From: an uncultured Methanomicrobiales archaeon
Lineage (GTDB): Archaea; Halobacteriota; Methanomicrobia; Methanomicrobiales; Methanospirillaceae
Reading direction: 5' to 3'
Length of the DNA stretch: 64,000 bases
Assembly (NCBI GenBank): GCA_963697895.1
Contig: OY969100.1
Location: forward strand, 1,248,001 to 1,312,000
Shown piece after piece: positions 30,601 through 41,349 of this stretch. The translations under genes were made by a program, and so were the position numbers. The notes beneath the pieces were generated by a model, which worked only from the letters and a program-made list of their open reading frames with translations, was not told where the DNA came from and ran no database searches. Every line of letters starts with the position of its first letter. Positions within the stretch are counted from its first letter, which is position 1.

Positions 30601-31293
30601 ATGACCAGCTATGATATATTAAACGGCATTATCACCGCGATCCAATTGATTGTGACGCTCGACCCAGATGTGATCGATATCACTATCCGCTCGCTCTATA
30701 TATCCATCATCGCGACCGTAATTGCATCCCTCATCGGGATTCCCCTCGGCGGTTTTATTCATTTCAAGGAATTCGGGGGAAAGAGAGGGCTTATCCTGAT
30801 CATCCAGACCCTTTATTCTCTTCCGACGGTGATTGCCGGCCTCTTTATCTATCTGTTGATCTCGCGTTCCGGCCCACTTGGATTCCTCCATCTCCTGTAC
30901 ACCCCGGGAGCAATGATCATCGGACAGACGATCCTCGTGTTGCCTATTATGGTGGGCATGACCCTCATCGCCCTCTCCGGGGTGAAACAGAATCTCCAGG
31001 ACACGGTGATCTCGCTCGGTGCAACGAGTTCGCAGACGATCAGCACGATAATAAAGGAAGCCCGGTTTGCCATGATCGGGGGTATCATCCTCGGGTTCGG
31101 ACGTGCGATCTCAGAGGTCGGTGCCGCGATGATGCTCGGGGGAAATATTGCCGGGTACACCCGGGTGCTAACGACAGCGATCGCGCTGAACACCTCCCAG
31201 GGGGATATTCCGTTCTCGATCGCGCTCGGAATCATACTCCTGTCGGTCGCACTGATCGTGACTGCAATCGCCTTCCTGGTCCAGGAGCGCTGA
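30601..31293 (+). CDS. tupB: Tungstate ABC transporter permease TupB
   Basis: LPTVIAGL...SRSGPLG, FGRAISEVGAAMMLGGNI..YTRVLTTAI signature. Confidence 0.92.
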   Translation: MTSYDILNGIITAIQLIVTLDPDVIDITIRSLYISIIATVIASLIGIPLGGFIHFKEFGGKRGLILIIQTLYSLPTVIAGLFIYLLISRSGPLGFLHLLYTPGAMIIGQTILVLPIMVGMTLIALSGVKQNLQDTVISLGATSSQTISTIIKEARFAMIGGIILGFGRAISEVGAAMMLGGNIAGYTRVLTTAIALNTSQGDIPFSIALGIILLSVALIVTAIAFLVQER

Positions 31294-31297
31294 TCCG

Positions 31298-32410
31298 ATG
31301 GATAACCAGCCGTTCGTTCAATTAACCAGCGTCACCAAGAATTTCGGTGAGAAGAAGGTGCTGACCGATATCAGCCTCGGGATCCTGAAGGGGGAGATAT
31401 TTACCGTGATCGGCCCGAGCGGGACGGGGAAAACGACCCTGCTCCGGTTGATCAACCTCCTGGAAAAGCCGACCACCGGGATCATTCTTTTCGATGGACA
31501 GAACACGAATACCAATGCTGCCGCCCGCGTCGCGTTACGGCGGCGGATGAGCATGGTCTTCCAGAAACCGGCCCCGCTGCGGGGGAATGTTTTTCATAAC
31601 ATCGCAATCGGCCTGAAATTCCGGGGAGTAGATGCTAAGGAGATCGCAGACAGGGTGCCTGAAGTGCTGGCGCTCGTCGGGCTCTCCGGGTATGAGACCA
31701 GGAAAGCGACCACGCTCTCCGGCGGGGAGATGCAGCGGGTCGCGATCGCCCGGGCGATCGTGACGCATCCGGAACTCCTCCTCCTCGACGAGCCAACCGC
31801 GAACCTGGACCCGGTCTCGACCGAGCGGATCGAGGATCTGATCCGTGCCATCAACGAGAAGTTCGGCACGACCATCATCCTTTCCACCCATGATATGGTG
31901 CAGGGACAACGGCTCGCCCACCGGATGGCGGTTATCCTCGATCGTCGAGTCGGGCAGGTGGGCACGTCTCATGAGATCTTTTACCAGCCGTCCAACAGGC
32001 AGGTTGCCCGGATGGTCGGCGTCGACAATGTCCTCGAGGGAACGATCAGCAGTTCAGCAGAGAACCTGGTGACGATCGATGCCGGGGGGTATCCGATAGA
32101 CGCCCTCTCCTCCTTCGCCGTCGGAACCCGGGTGACCGTGTACATCCGACCCGAAGACATAACACTGTTTCCTGCCGACGGGCAGAAGACCAGCGCGAGG
32201 AATGTCTTCGACGGGAAGATAACGAAGGTGTTGCCGCAGGGGCCGATGATGAAGGTGAAAGTGGACTGCGGCCTTCACCTCACCGCAGTCATTACCCGGC
32301 GTTCCTATGATGAACTCGGGTTCATGCCGGGTATGCAGATCTCCCTCTCGTTCAAGGCAAGCGCGATCCACCTGACGGAGTCCGTCGACACCGTTGATTC
32401 GGTCGCGTAG
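31298..32410 (+). CDS. tupC: Tungstate/molybdate ABC ATPase with C-terminal TOBE domains
   Basis: GPSGTGKT, LSGGEMQRVAIARA and LLLDEPT. TOBE motif TSARNVFDGKI...LTAVITRRS..ELG...SFKASAI. Confidence 0.88.
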   Translation: MDNQPFVQLTSVTKNFGEKKVLTDISLGILKGEIFTVIGPSGTGKTTLLRLINLLEKPTTGIILFDGQNTNTNAAARVALRRRMSMVFQKPAPLRGNVFHNIAIGLKFRGVDAKEIADRVPEVLALVGLSGYETRKATTLSGGEMQRVAIARAIVTHPELLLLDEPTANLDPVSTERIEDLIRAINEKFGTTIILSTHDMVQGQRLAHRMAVILDRRVGQVGTSHEIFYQPSNRQVARMVGVDNVLEGTISSSAENLVTIDAGGYPIDALSSFAVGTRVTVYIRPEDITLFPADGQKTSARNVFDGKITKVLPQGPMMKVKVDCGLHLTAVITRRSYDELGFMPGMQISLSFKASAIHLTESVDTVDSVA

Positions 32411-32519
32411 CGGGTTGTTTCCGGAAGGGTTTTCTGAATCGTGATCTGTTCACCCCGGTTTCATTCATTAGACTCTCCTTTCTCCACCTTATTATGGGAG
32501 AAAACCCCATACTTCTGAA

Positions 32520-33308
32520 ATGCGATGCACTATACTGGCAAGCGGGAGCAACGGGAACTGCGTCTGTATCGAAGGGGAATCAGGAACCCTCCTGATAGAC
32601 GCAGGACTGTCCCGCCGGGAGATCCTCGCCCGTCTTGCCGTTGCCGGGTGCATCCCCGGAGAGGTCCGGGGGATCCTCGTCACCCATGAACACGGGGATC
32701 ATATCGCCGGCCTCGATGTGCTCTCCCGGTCCCTGGATGCCCCGGTACATGCCACAGAAGGGACTCTTCACGCGTTTTCAACGAGGAGACGTCCGTCAAA
32801 AGCCCCGATCCGGACAGTGAAAACCCGGATCGATGAGGCGTACGGGATCGCTGACTTCACCGTCGAACCGTTCTCCACCTCGCATGATGCGGCAGAGCCC
32901 TGCGGCTGGGTCGTCGCCGAACGAGGAATCCGTATCGGCTGCTGCACGGATACGGGCATCCTCACGGATTCGATGGTGGAAAAACTCTCCCGGTGTGACC
33001 TCGTGATCCTCGAGAGCAATCACTGCCCGGATATGCTGAAGAACGGGCCGTACCCGGAGGTGCTGAAACGACGCATCCGGGGGAAGAGGGGGCACCTTTC
33101 CAATGCAGACGCCCGCGACGGTATCCGCACCCTCGGCATGCACGTGCATCATATCGTCCTCGCTCACTTAAGCGAGGTCAATAACACGCCGGAGAAGGCG
33201 ATGCTCTCGGCCCGAGAAGGGGCAGGCCTCTATATCGATGAAACAAGCCTTTCCGTGGCACCCCGGGCGGACGCCACACCGTTTCATCCGGTCTGGATAC
33301 GGCTCTGA
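32520..33308 (+). CDS. MBL-fold metallo-hydrolase (YycJ/WalJ-like)
   Basis: LASGSNGN, THEHGDH, SHDA, TDTG, LESNH, GHLSN and AHLSEVNN motifs. Confidence 0.9.
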   Translation: MRCTILASGSNGNCVCIEGESGTLLIDAGLSRREILARLAVAGCIPGEVRGILVTHEHGDHIAGLDVLSRSLDAPVHATEGTLHAFSTRRRPSKAPIRTVKTRIDEAYGIADFTVEPFSTSHDAAEPCGWVVAERGIRIGCCTDTGILTDSMVEKLSRCDLVILESNHCPDMLKNGPYPEVLKRRIRGKRGHLSNADARDGIRTLGMHVHHIVLAHLSEVNNTPEKAMLSAREGAGLYIDETSLSVAPRADATPFHPVWIRL

Positions 33309-33474
33309 TACCAAGAAAGATATCGATTTTTTCAAGGAAAAGGGGGAATTATTTTTTAGACATCGTTTGATCTCATCCTTCCATAAATCGGTTCTTCCCG
33401 GATACCCACGATTCCGATATTCAATCTGAATATATGTACCGTGCCGTTGGTCTCCCCATGAATCGATCTGCCTG

Positions 33475-33972
33475 TCAGGATCGGTCGGTGGGGCTGAACC
33501 GGTCATCGGATATCACCCGGGCTGCACCGTCCGATCTTTTAGTCATCCATCCGATCTTCTCCTCCGGGAATGAATCGAAATCCGGGATATACGGTTTGAT
33601 ATCGAGAACCGGGGTACCGTCCAGCATATCCACATCCATGACCCGGAGGAGGGAACCCTCTATTCCGGTCAGACGTATAATGGAGATCCCGATGGGATTC
33701 GGGCGGCTGGGTGCCCGGGTGGCGAAGAGTCCGCGGGGTTGGGTATCAAGAAACGGAATCACCCGGAGGGACCATTTACGGGACCGGTGAAAATGGTACA
33801 GCACGATAATACGGGAAAACCCCTCCAGATCGTCGAGCGCAGGAATAAATTGAGGCTCTATCTCTATCTCTCCGGGTATTCCCCGCGCTCCGGTGGGTTG
33901 TATAGGCATTTTCCCACTATCAGTGTAAGGAGTGTGTATAATCCCGATAGGTATGTACTCAATGGGATCCAT
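33475..33972 (-). CDS. tsaA: TrmO/TsaA (YaeB)-family tRNA methyltransferase
   Basis: PIGIIHTP, GLFATRAPSRPNPIG and DGTPVLDIKPY motifs. Confidence 0.9.
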   Translation of the reverse strand: MDPIEYIPIGIIHTPYTDSGKMPIQPTGARGIPGEIEIEPQFIPALDDLEGFSRIIVLYHFHRSRKWSLRVIPFLDTQPRGLFATRAPSRPNPIGISIIRLTGIEGSLLRVMDVDMLDGTPVLDIKPYIPDFDSFPEEKIGWMTKRSDGAARVISDDRFSPTDRS

Positions 33973-34125
33973 GGGGAACGATGGAGCATCGGGGAAAAAA
34001 AACCTATAGGATATGGTCTTACCGCACGACCGCGGTTTTGATTGAAAAAGAGAACCGGGGTGAATGGATCATCGTTGGAAAGGGCCGGGAATAAAACCGG
34101 TTAAAATTTTTGATGTGTTTGAACC

Positions 34126-34377
34126 TTATCTCCGCCCGACCAGATCCTCGTGTTTCTTGATGATCCGGCTTGTCTCCGGGCAGTCGATCAAAACGACGTC
34201 AAAACCCAGGGAATCGTCTCCGTTCTCCTCAAGCCGGAAGACGACATTATTGCACCGGTGGAGGGCGGTGAGCATCCGGTCACGAGGAAACCGGGTCCAT
34301 TTCTGGATCTGAGTAGCGGAGACGCTATCCTGTTTATGAAGCGGGAAATATAACACGATCTTTTCAACATCGTCCAT
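34126..34377 (-). CDS. Small hypothetical protein, possible HTH (83 aa)
   Basis: ATG start after an AT-rich element. SVSATQIQKWTRFPRDRMLTAL is helix-turn-helix-like. Confidence 0.55.
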   Translation of the reverse strand: MDDVEKIVLYFPLHKQDSVSATQIQKWTRFPRDRMLTALHRCNNVVFRLEENGDDSLGFDVVLIDCPETSRIIKKHEDLVGRR

Positions 34378-34597
34378 GTGTTATGAACTTTTATTAACCT
34401 GCATATAATCCCACCGGATTGAATTTTGAGGGGAATACCTGTGGAATACCCCAAAAATTGTCATTCCTCCTGTTTTTCCCTCTTACCGGAATCCGGCTCA
34501 TGAGGAGCATACGAGAATCTTCCCCCGACCGGAAGTGGTTATCAGATCAGAACTTCCGGAGGGATACGGACTTCGATGTTGTTGCCGGGCTCCCCGG

Positions 34598-36583
34598 TTA
34601 TCCCCCGGCCTGTTTTGCGACAACATTCGCGTGGTGCACCCGTTCGAGGGCGATAGATGCCTGATTTGCAAATGCAATCAGGATCCTCGACTCCTCCGAG
34701 GTGATGATCCCATTTGGTTCCGTCGGCATCACCCCGAGGATCCCAAGCACCCTCCCGGAACTTTCGAGCGGGATATATCGGAGTCGCGAATCATGCAGGG
34801 TGTCGGTATCGTACCCTGCCATGACTCCGTGGGAATATGACCATGTCGCTACCGCAATCTCCTTCGCATCGAGCCGGAGGTTAGGGCTTACAGAATGTTC
34901 AACCAGGTGGTCGGCCTGATCCGGGAGGAGGAATGTGCTTTCCCACTGGAATATCTCGCGAATATCATTTTTAACTGCCTTGATGATCGCGTCTTCATCC
35001 ACGGCTGCCGCCAGTTCCTGTGATAAGGCAAAGAGCGTCCCTGTCTCCTTTTCACGTATCTCCGCCGCTTCGGCATGTTCGCGGGTCCGGGCGACGAGGA
35101 AACTGATAACGGCACCGACCAGAATCAACCCAAGAATGGAGATGATATACTCGATATCGTTCACCCTGAAGGTAAAATAGGGAGGAATAAAAAAGAAATC
35201 ATAGGCAAGTACCCCGACAACTGCGGTCATGATTGCCGGTCTCAATCCCCAGAAGAATGCCGCAACTACAACGGCGAGCAGGTACAGAATGATCAGGTTG
35301 GCCGGGGAGATGACAGATTTCAAAAACCAGCCGATGAACGTGATCAGGGCGATAAGCGCAAGGCTGTAGAGATAACCCCGCGGAGGTGATGCCGGGAGGA
35401 GCGGTTCCATTTTGCCGGGTTTTTCCGGTGTTTTCTCCGAACTGCTGATCACATATACATCGATGGTGCCGCTGTCATGGATGAGCTGATCGACGACGGA
35501 ACCGAATAAAAATTCCTGCCACCGGGGGCGTAATGTCTTGCCGATGATAATTCTCGTGATATTATGTTTCCGTGCATACTCGATCGCCGTTTGTGCGACA
35601 TTGATCCCGAATATTGTGACCGCTGTCCCGCCCAGTTTCTCCGCCAGCTGGAGCGATCGCCAGACCTGCTCTTTTGCTCCCTTCGCGAGCCGTTGGTGTG
35701 AAGGAGTCTCGACATAGATCGCAGTCCAGTTGGCATTCATCCGATCCGCCTGTCGGCGTGCTGTCCGTACGAGCCGCTCGGAGAGCGGGCTCGGGCTAAC
35801 ACAGACTAGGATACTTTCCCCTGCCGGCCATGGTCCGGGGATTGCACGGGTCTGCATATAGGCCAGCATCTGATCGTCAACGCGTTCTGCGGCACGCCTG
35901 AGGGTGATTTCCCGTAATGCATACAGATTCCCCTCGTTGAAAAACTGCTCAATGGCACGGGCTGCCAGTTCCGGAACATAGATCTTTCCTTCTTTCAGCC
36001 GCTGCAGGAGTTCGGGAGGAGCAAGGTCGACGATCTCGATCTCTGTCGCTTCGTCTATAACCCCGTCAGGAATGGTCTCCCGGACTATCACCCCGGTAAT
36101 TTGCGCGATCACATCATTGAGGCTCTCGAGGTGCTGTACATTCAGGGTACTGTAGATATCAATCCCTGCATCGAGGAGTTCTTCGACGTCCTGATACCGT
36201 TTCAGGTGACGCGATCCCGGAGCATTGGTATGGGCCAGTTCATCAACGAGAACAAGGTCGGGTTGGATGGCGAGGATGGCGTCGAGATCCATCTCCTCCA
36301 GGCTAACCCCTTTGTACTCCATCTTTTTCCGGGGGATGATGGTGAGCCCCTTGAGGAGGACTTCTGTCTCCGGTCTCCCGTGTGTCTCCACGTATCCGAT
36401 CTGGACGTCTATACCCTCTTTTTTCCGCAGGTGTGCCGCCATCAGCATCTCGTAAGTCTTACCGACCCCCGCGACATATCCGAGAAATATCTTTAATTTA
36501 CCCCGGTGCTTCTGACGTTCTTCTCCCGACACCCGTGCAAGGAGAAGATCCGGATCCGGTCTGTTATCAGATTCCAATCCCAC
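34598..36583 (-). CDS. kdpD: KdpD sensor lacking the histidine-kinase domain (KdpD-N, USP, 4TM, GAF)
   Basis: RPDPD..L, GKLKIFLG..AGVGKTY.ML, VDELAHTN, KRYQDVEELL, NVQHLESLND, a USP domain, YDFFFIPPYFTF and a GAF ending ANQASIALER. Stop follows 12 aa later. Confidence 0.9.
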   Translation of the reverse strand: MGLESDNRPDPDLLLARVSGEERQKHRGKLKIFLGYVAGVGKTYEMLMAAHLRKKEGIDVQIGYVETHGRPETEVLLKGLTIIPRKKMEYKGVSLEEMDLDAILAIQPDLVLVDELAHTNAPGSRHLKRYQDVEELLDAGIDIYSTLNVQHLESLNDVIAQITGVIVRETIPDGVIDEATEIEIVDLAPPELLQRLKEGKIYVPELAARAIEQFFNEGNLYALREITLRRAAERVDDQMLAYMQTRAIPGPWPAGESILVCVSPSPLSERLVRTARRQADRMNANWTAIYVETPSHQRLAKGAKEQVWRSLQLAEKLGGTAVTIFGINVAQTAIEYARKHNITRIIIGKTLRPRWQEFLFGSVVDQLIHDSGTIDVYVISSSEKTPEKPGKMEPLLPASPPRGYLYSLALIALITFIGWFLKSVISPANLIILYLLAVVVAAFFWGLRPAIMTAVVGVLAYDFFFIPPYFTFRVNDIEYIISILGLILVGAVISFLVARTREHAEAAEIREKETGTLFALSQELAAAVDEDAIIKAVKNDIREIFQWESTFLLPDQADHLVEHSVSPNLRLDAKEIAVATWSYSHGVMAGYDTDTLHDSRLRYIPLESSGRVLGILGVMPTEPNGIITSEESRILIAFANQASIALERVHHANVVAKQAGG

Positions 36584-36590
36584 GGTGAGT

Positions 36591-38692
36591 TCACGCCCCC
36601 AGTGCAACGAGGAACATATCAATCAGTTTTATTCCGATGAACGGGACAATGATTCCCCCGATACCATAGATAAGGATATTATTTCTCAGTGCTTCTTCTG
36701 CGGTCATCGGACGATACTTTACCCCATGTAATGCGAGGGGAATTAAAATAACGATGATAAGGGCATTGAAGATCACCGCGGAGAGGATTGCATTTTGAAG
36801 CCCGAGGATATTCAGGGCTGCGAGTGCCGGATACGTGGAGATGAACGCAGCGGGGATGATTGCAAAATACTTCGCAAGATCGTTTGCGATGGAGAATGTG
36901 GTAAGCGAGCCTCTTGTCATGAGGAGCTGCTTTCCGATCTCCACGATCTCGATCAGTTTTGTCGGGTTGCTGTCGAGATCGATCATATTCGCCGCTTCCC
37001 GTGCAGGTTGCGTTCCCGTGTTCATTGCAACCGCGACATCCGCCTGGGCGAGTGCGGGAGCATCGTTGGTACCGTCCCCGGTCATGGCAACCATCCGTCC
37101 ACCTGACTGGTAGTCCCGGATCATCCGCAGTTTGCTCTCCGGAGTGGCCTCAGCGAGAAAATCATCCACCCCTGCCTCGGCGGCGATGGTTGCCGCAGTG
37201 AGCCGGTTGTCCCCGGTGATCATCACGGTCTTGATCCCCATCCTCCGCAACTGGGTGAACCGTTCTTTCATCCCACCCTTTATGACGTCTTTCAGATGGA
37301 CAACCCCAAGAGCCTTCCCATCCTTCGTCACAACTAGCGGAGTCCCGCCCGATCTGGCGATGGCGTCCACCTGCGCATTCAGCTGGGCAGAGACATCTCT
37401 GCCGCTCGCGTTCATCTGCGAAAATACCACATCTGAAGCCCCCTTCCGGATCTGAGTGGCGCCTATGTCCACTCCGCTCATCCGGGTCTGGCTGGAAAAG
37501 GGCATGAACCGCATCTCAGGACTGGATTCTGAAGCTCCCACGGTCCTCCCCCGTAGACCGTACCGCTCCTTGACCAGTACGACAATACTCCGGCCTTCCG
37601 GGGTCTCATCCGCAAGAGAGGCCAGCTGTGACGTTTCTGCAAGTTCATTAATATCTGTCCCGTCGACCGGGATCAATTCTACCGCCTGGCGGTTCCCGAG
37701 CGTGATGGTGCCGGTTTTATCAAGGAGGAGGACATCCACATCTCCCGCTGCCTCGATTGCCCGCCCGGACGTGGTAATGACATTGCGTCTGATAAGCCGG
37801 TCCATTCCTGCGATCCCGATGGCGCTGAGGAGCCCCCCGATGGTCGTCGGGGCAAGGCACACGAGGAGCGCAATGAGCACCGTCACGGTAATCGTCTGTC
37901 CGGCGCCCTCTGCCATCACGCTGTAAGAGGAGAATGCCCAGAGCGTTGCGCAGACCACGATAAAGATCGCGGTGAGCCCGATCAGGAGAATATTGAGCGC
38001 AATTTCGTTGGGGGTTTTCTGTCGCTTTGCTCCTTCGACAAGGGAGATCATGTGGTCGAGGAATCCTTCACCCGGGTTCGCGGTCGTCCTGACGATGAGC
38101 CAGTCTGACAGGATCACCGTCCCCCCCGTTACAGCACTCCGCTCACCGCCCGATTCCCGGATGACCGGGGCACTTTCGCCGGTGATCGCGCTCTCGTTCA
38201 CGGATGCAATCCCTTCCACTACCTCGCCATCGACCGGGATGATATCTCCTGCCTTAACCGTGAATAAATCTGATTTCCGGAGGGTTGAAGAAGGAACCAC
38301 CCGGTATTCGGATGATGTCGGTTCGATGCCCTTCACCAGATTGTAGCCGGGGACGAGCTTTTTGCATCGGTATCCTGTCGCATCTTCCTGAGTGATTCGG
38401 CCTGGGCCTTTCCCCGTCCCTCTGCAAGCGCTTCAGCAAAATTGGCAAAGAGCACAGTGAACCAGAGCCAGATGGAAATTGCGCCGATAAAACCTGCCGG
38501 AGCCTCGCCCTGCCCGAGAAGTGCCTGCAGCCAGAATATCGTAGTGAGTGCCGCTCCGATCTCCACGACGAACATCACCACATTGCGGACCATGTTTCTG
38601 GGGTCCAGTTTCAGGACAGAGTCGAGAATTGCACGTTTGTAGAGGGCGGACTGATGCGTGCCCGGATTTTTCATATCGCTGTGTTCAGACAT
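36591..38692 (-). CDS. kdpB: Potassium-transporting ATPase subunit KdpB (one -1 indel in an A run near 38360)
   Basis: [48 protein letters not shown] and [11 protein letters not shown] motifs. Confidence 0.93.
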
Positions 38693-41114
38693 GGATCATC
38701 CCCCCTCCCGTCCCGATCAGATATTCCACGATGGGACCGAGGGCGAGCGCCGGGATAAAACTAAGGACGCCGATGATCAACACAACGAAGACGAGCCAGA
38801 TGATGAAGAGGGGCCGGTGATCATTGACCGTGCTCTCGCTGACCGGAACGATCTTTTTAAGAGCCATAGATCCGGCAAGGGCAAGGACTATGACTGCGAT
38901 GGCATACCGCCCGATCAGCATCGCGATTGCAGTCGAGATGTTATAAAAGAGGCTGTTTGCCGAGAGCCCCGCAAAAGCGCTGCCATTGTTCTGGGCCGGC
39001 GATGTAAATGCATACAGGACCTCGGAAAACCCGTGTGGTCCGGGATTGAAGATTGCGGCTCTTCCCGGTTCGGTCATAACGGCGATCGCGGTGCCGATGA
39101 GGATAATAAATATCGGTATCAGGATAATGAGTGTGGATAACTTCATCTCATACGGCTCGATCTTCTTCCCGAGATATTCCGGGGTCCGCCCGACCATCAG
39201 ACCGGCAATAAACATTGCGATGATGGCGAATACGATCATCGTGTACAACCCGGAACCGACACCGCCAAAGACAACCTCCCCCATCTGCATCATCAGCAGC
39301 TGGGCGAATCCTCCGAGTGGCATGAAGGAATCATGCATCGAGTTGACTGCACCGCATGATGTTGCGGTGGTCGAGATAGAGAACAAAGCGGATACCGGTA
39401 TGCCAAACCGGACCTCCTTTCCTTCCATGTTGCCACCCGGCTGAAACATGCCGGGGGTCTGATCGATGCCCAGAGGCGGAAATGCCGGGTTGCCACCCAG
39501 TTCGGACCATACGGCGAGTCCGAGGATCGGGATGAATATCACTATCATGGCGATCAGGAGGGCGATCCCTTTTCTCGCCGATCCGACCATCGTTCCGAAC
39601 ATAAAACAGAGACACACCGGGATCAGAAGAAGTGCAAATAACTCGATGAAGTTTGAAAATGGGGTTGGATTTTCGAACGGATGAGCGGAGTTGACGTTGA
39701 AGAATCCGCCGCCGTTCGTACCCAGTACTTTGATCGCAACCTCCGAGGCAGCAGGCCCGAGCGGGATCCGCTGGTCCGTGATGAGCGCTCCGGCGCTGTC
39801 CTTCACCGGATCGAGCAATGGTACCGTAACTGGCCCGCCGAATGTCTGGACGGTCCCCTGGGATACGAGGACCAGAGCGATGATCAGACAGATGGGCAGG
39901 AGAATGAACACACTCCGCACGAGTAGCACCCAGAAATTTCCGATCCGGTCTGTCGATCTCCGGGAGAGCCCGTAAATAAGTGCAACAAGGACTGCCATTC
40001 CGGTCGCTGCAGAGACAAAATTCTGTACCGTGAGGCCGATCATCTGGGTCAGGTAGCTCAGGGTTGTCTCCCCCGCATATGCCTGCCAGTTCGTATTCGT
40101 CGCAAAACTGACAGCCGTGTTGAGGGAGAGATCCCAGGCAACCGGGCCGGTTCCGGTCGGATTGAGCGGGAGGAGGAACTGGATCTCCTGCAAAATAAAA
40201 ACAATGACGATACCGAGGGTATTGAAGAGGAGCATCGCAACTGCAAACGCCTTCCAGTCCATCTCCTGGTCGGACCGTATACCGGATATACGGTAAAACC
40301 ATTCTTCGACCGGTCGGATTACGGGTGTGAGAATCGTCCGGTCCCCGGAATAGACACGTGCCATGAACCTGCCGAGAGGGATGATGGTTAACGCGAGGAT
40401 GAATAAAAACAGGAGAAGCGTGAGCCAGTCCGTAACCTTCATTCCAAAGAACATGGTTTGTTCATTCGCCGTTTGTTCTGCAGCCGTTCCTGCCGGTGGT
40501 GCCGTGATACGATTCGCACTTAGATCATCGAGTGCGAGGTTCAGCATGAGCACATTTACCCTGGATTCGCCAAAAATTCCGAATTGGGGGGGTTGAATAT
40601 GTTGATCGACGAGCCCTCGCAGATCCTGCTCGCTCATGTTTCTCTCCCGCGCAACGCGGGATACCTGGTAATATGCTGCTGCCACACTGATGTCAGGGTC
40701 GAGCCCGCTCGCGGAACTGGTCACCAGATCGACCGGGATCGGCTGTTGATTCGCGGGATCGGCAGCATGGAGCGCCTCGACCCGGGATTCGACCGCATTG
40801 ATGAGCGCCGGATTCGTCGGACCGAGGTTGGACCCGGTAGAAAGACTGGCGTTATCGGGATAGGGGGAGGTTGCGGAGGGCCGTCCCCAGAAATAGCCGG
40901 GCGATTCAAAGGGCTGCCCGATCAGGGCTGAACCGACAACATTCCCCTCGCGTTCGATAAAGTTCCCGTTTGCCTGGACGGGAAAGAGTGCCTGGGCAAT
41001 GCCGGTAACGATCAGCGGATACACCAGGCCCGTGACGATGGTCAATAATAAGAAGACCGTGAACGCAGGTCTGAGCTGCCGCCAGAGCAGCGACGGGATC
41101 GGTTCTATTGCCAT
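38685..41114 (-). CDS. kdpA: Fused potassium-transporting ATPase subunits KdpC-KdpA
   Basis: N-terminal KdpC ([67 protein letters not shown]), a linker, then full KdpA ([46 protein letters not shown]), all in one frame. Confidence 0.92.
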   Translation of the reverse strand: MAIEPIPSLLWRQLRPAFTVFLLLTIVTGLVYPLIVTGIAQALFPVQANGNFIEREGNVVGSALIGQPFESPGYFWGRPSATSPYPDNASLSTGSNLGPTNPALINAVESRVEALHAADPANQQPIPVDLVTSSASGLDPDISVAAAYYQVSRVARERNMSEQDLRGLVDQHIQPPQFGIFGESRVNVLMLNLALDDLSANRITAPPAGTAAEQTANEQTMFFGMKVTDWLTLLLFLFILALTIIPLGRFMARVYSGDRTILTPVIRPVEEWFYRISGIRSDQEMDWKAFAVAMLLFNTLGIVIVFILQEIQFLLPLNPTGTGPVAWDLSLNTAVSFATNTNWQAYAGETTLSYLTQMIGLTVQNFVSAATGMAVLVALIYGLSRRSTDRIGNFWVLLVRSVFILLPICLIIALVLVSQGTVQTFGGPVTVPLLDPVKDSAGALITDQRIPLGPAASEVAIKVLGTNGGGFFNVNSAHPFENPTPFSNFIELFALLLIPVCLCFMFGTMVGSARKGIALLIAMIVIFIPILGLAVWSELGGNPAFPPLGIDQTPGMFQPGGNMEGKEVRFGIPVSALFSISTTATSCGAVNSMHDSFMPLGGFAQLLMMQMGEVVFGGVGSGLYTMIVFAIIAMFIAGLMVGRTPEYLGKKIEPYEMKLSTLIILIPIFIILIGTAIAVMTEPGRAAIFNPGPHGFSEVLYAFTSPAQNNGSAFAGLSANSLFYNISTAIAMLIGRYAIAVIVLALAGSMALKKIVPVSESTVNDHRPLFIIWLVFVVLIIGVLSFIPALALGPIVEYLIGTGGGMIHV

Positions 41115-41349
41115 TGAAAGACCGCCTTCGACGTAACGCATCACGCGCTCCTGACCGCAATTCAGGGGAGAGTGTGTTACTAGCAAGAGCTACTGTCAAA
41201 AGATTATATATTCGTTGGTATACGTCTCCTTCTACCCGAGATAAATGAGTACATTCATTCCGGTATGTGAGCCAAAATATCAATCCCTTGTCCTGATTAA
41301 CCCGCATACGATCAGGCTTATCCGTTCCCCGGTCTACCTTCCTGAAGCC

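Noticed and set aside
28900-38370. Programmed ribosomal frameshifting in the MoSto-like gene and kdpB
   Set aside because: Each is one missing base in a short homopolymer, the typical long-read error, with no shared slippery heptamer or stimulatory structure seen.
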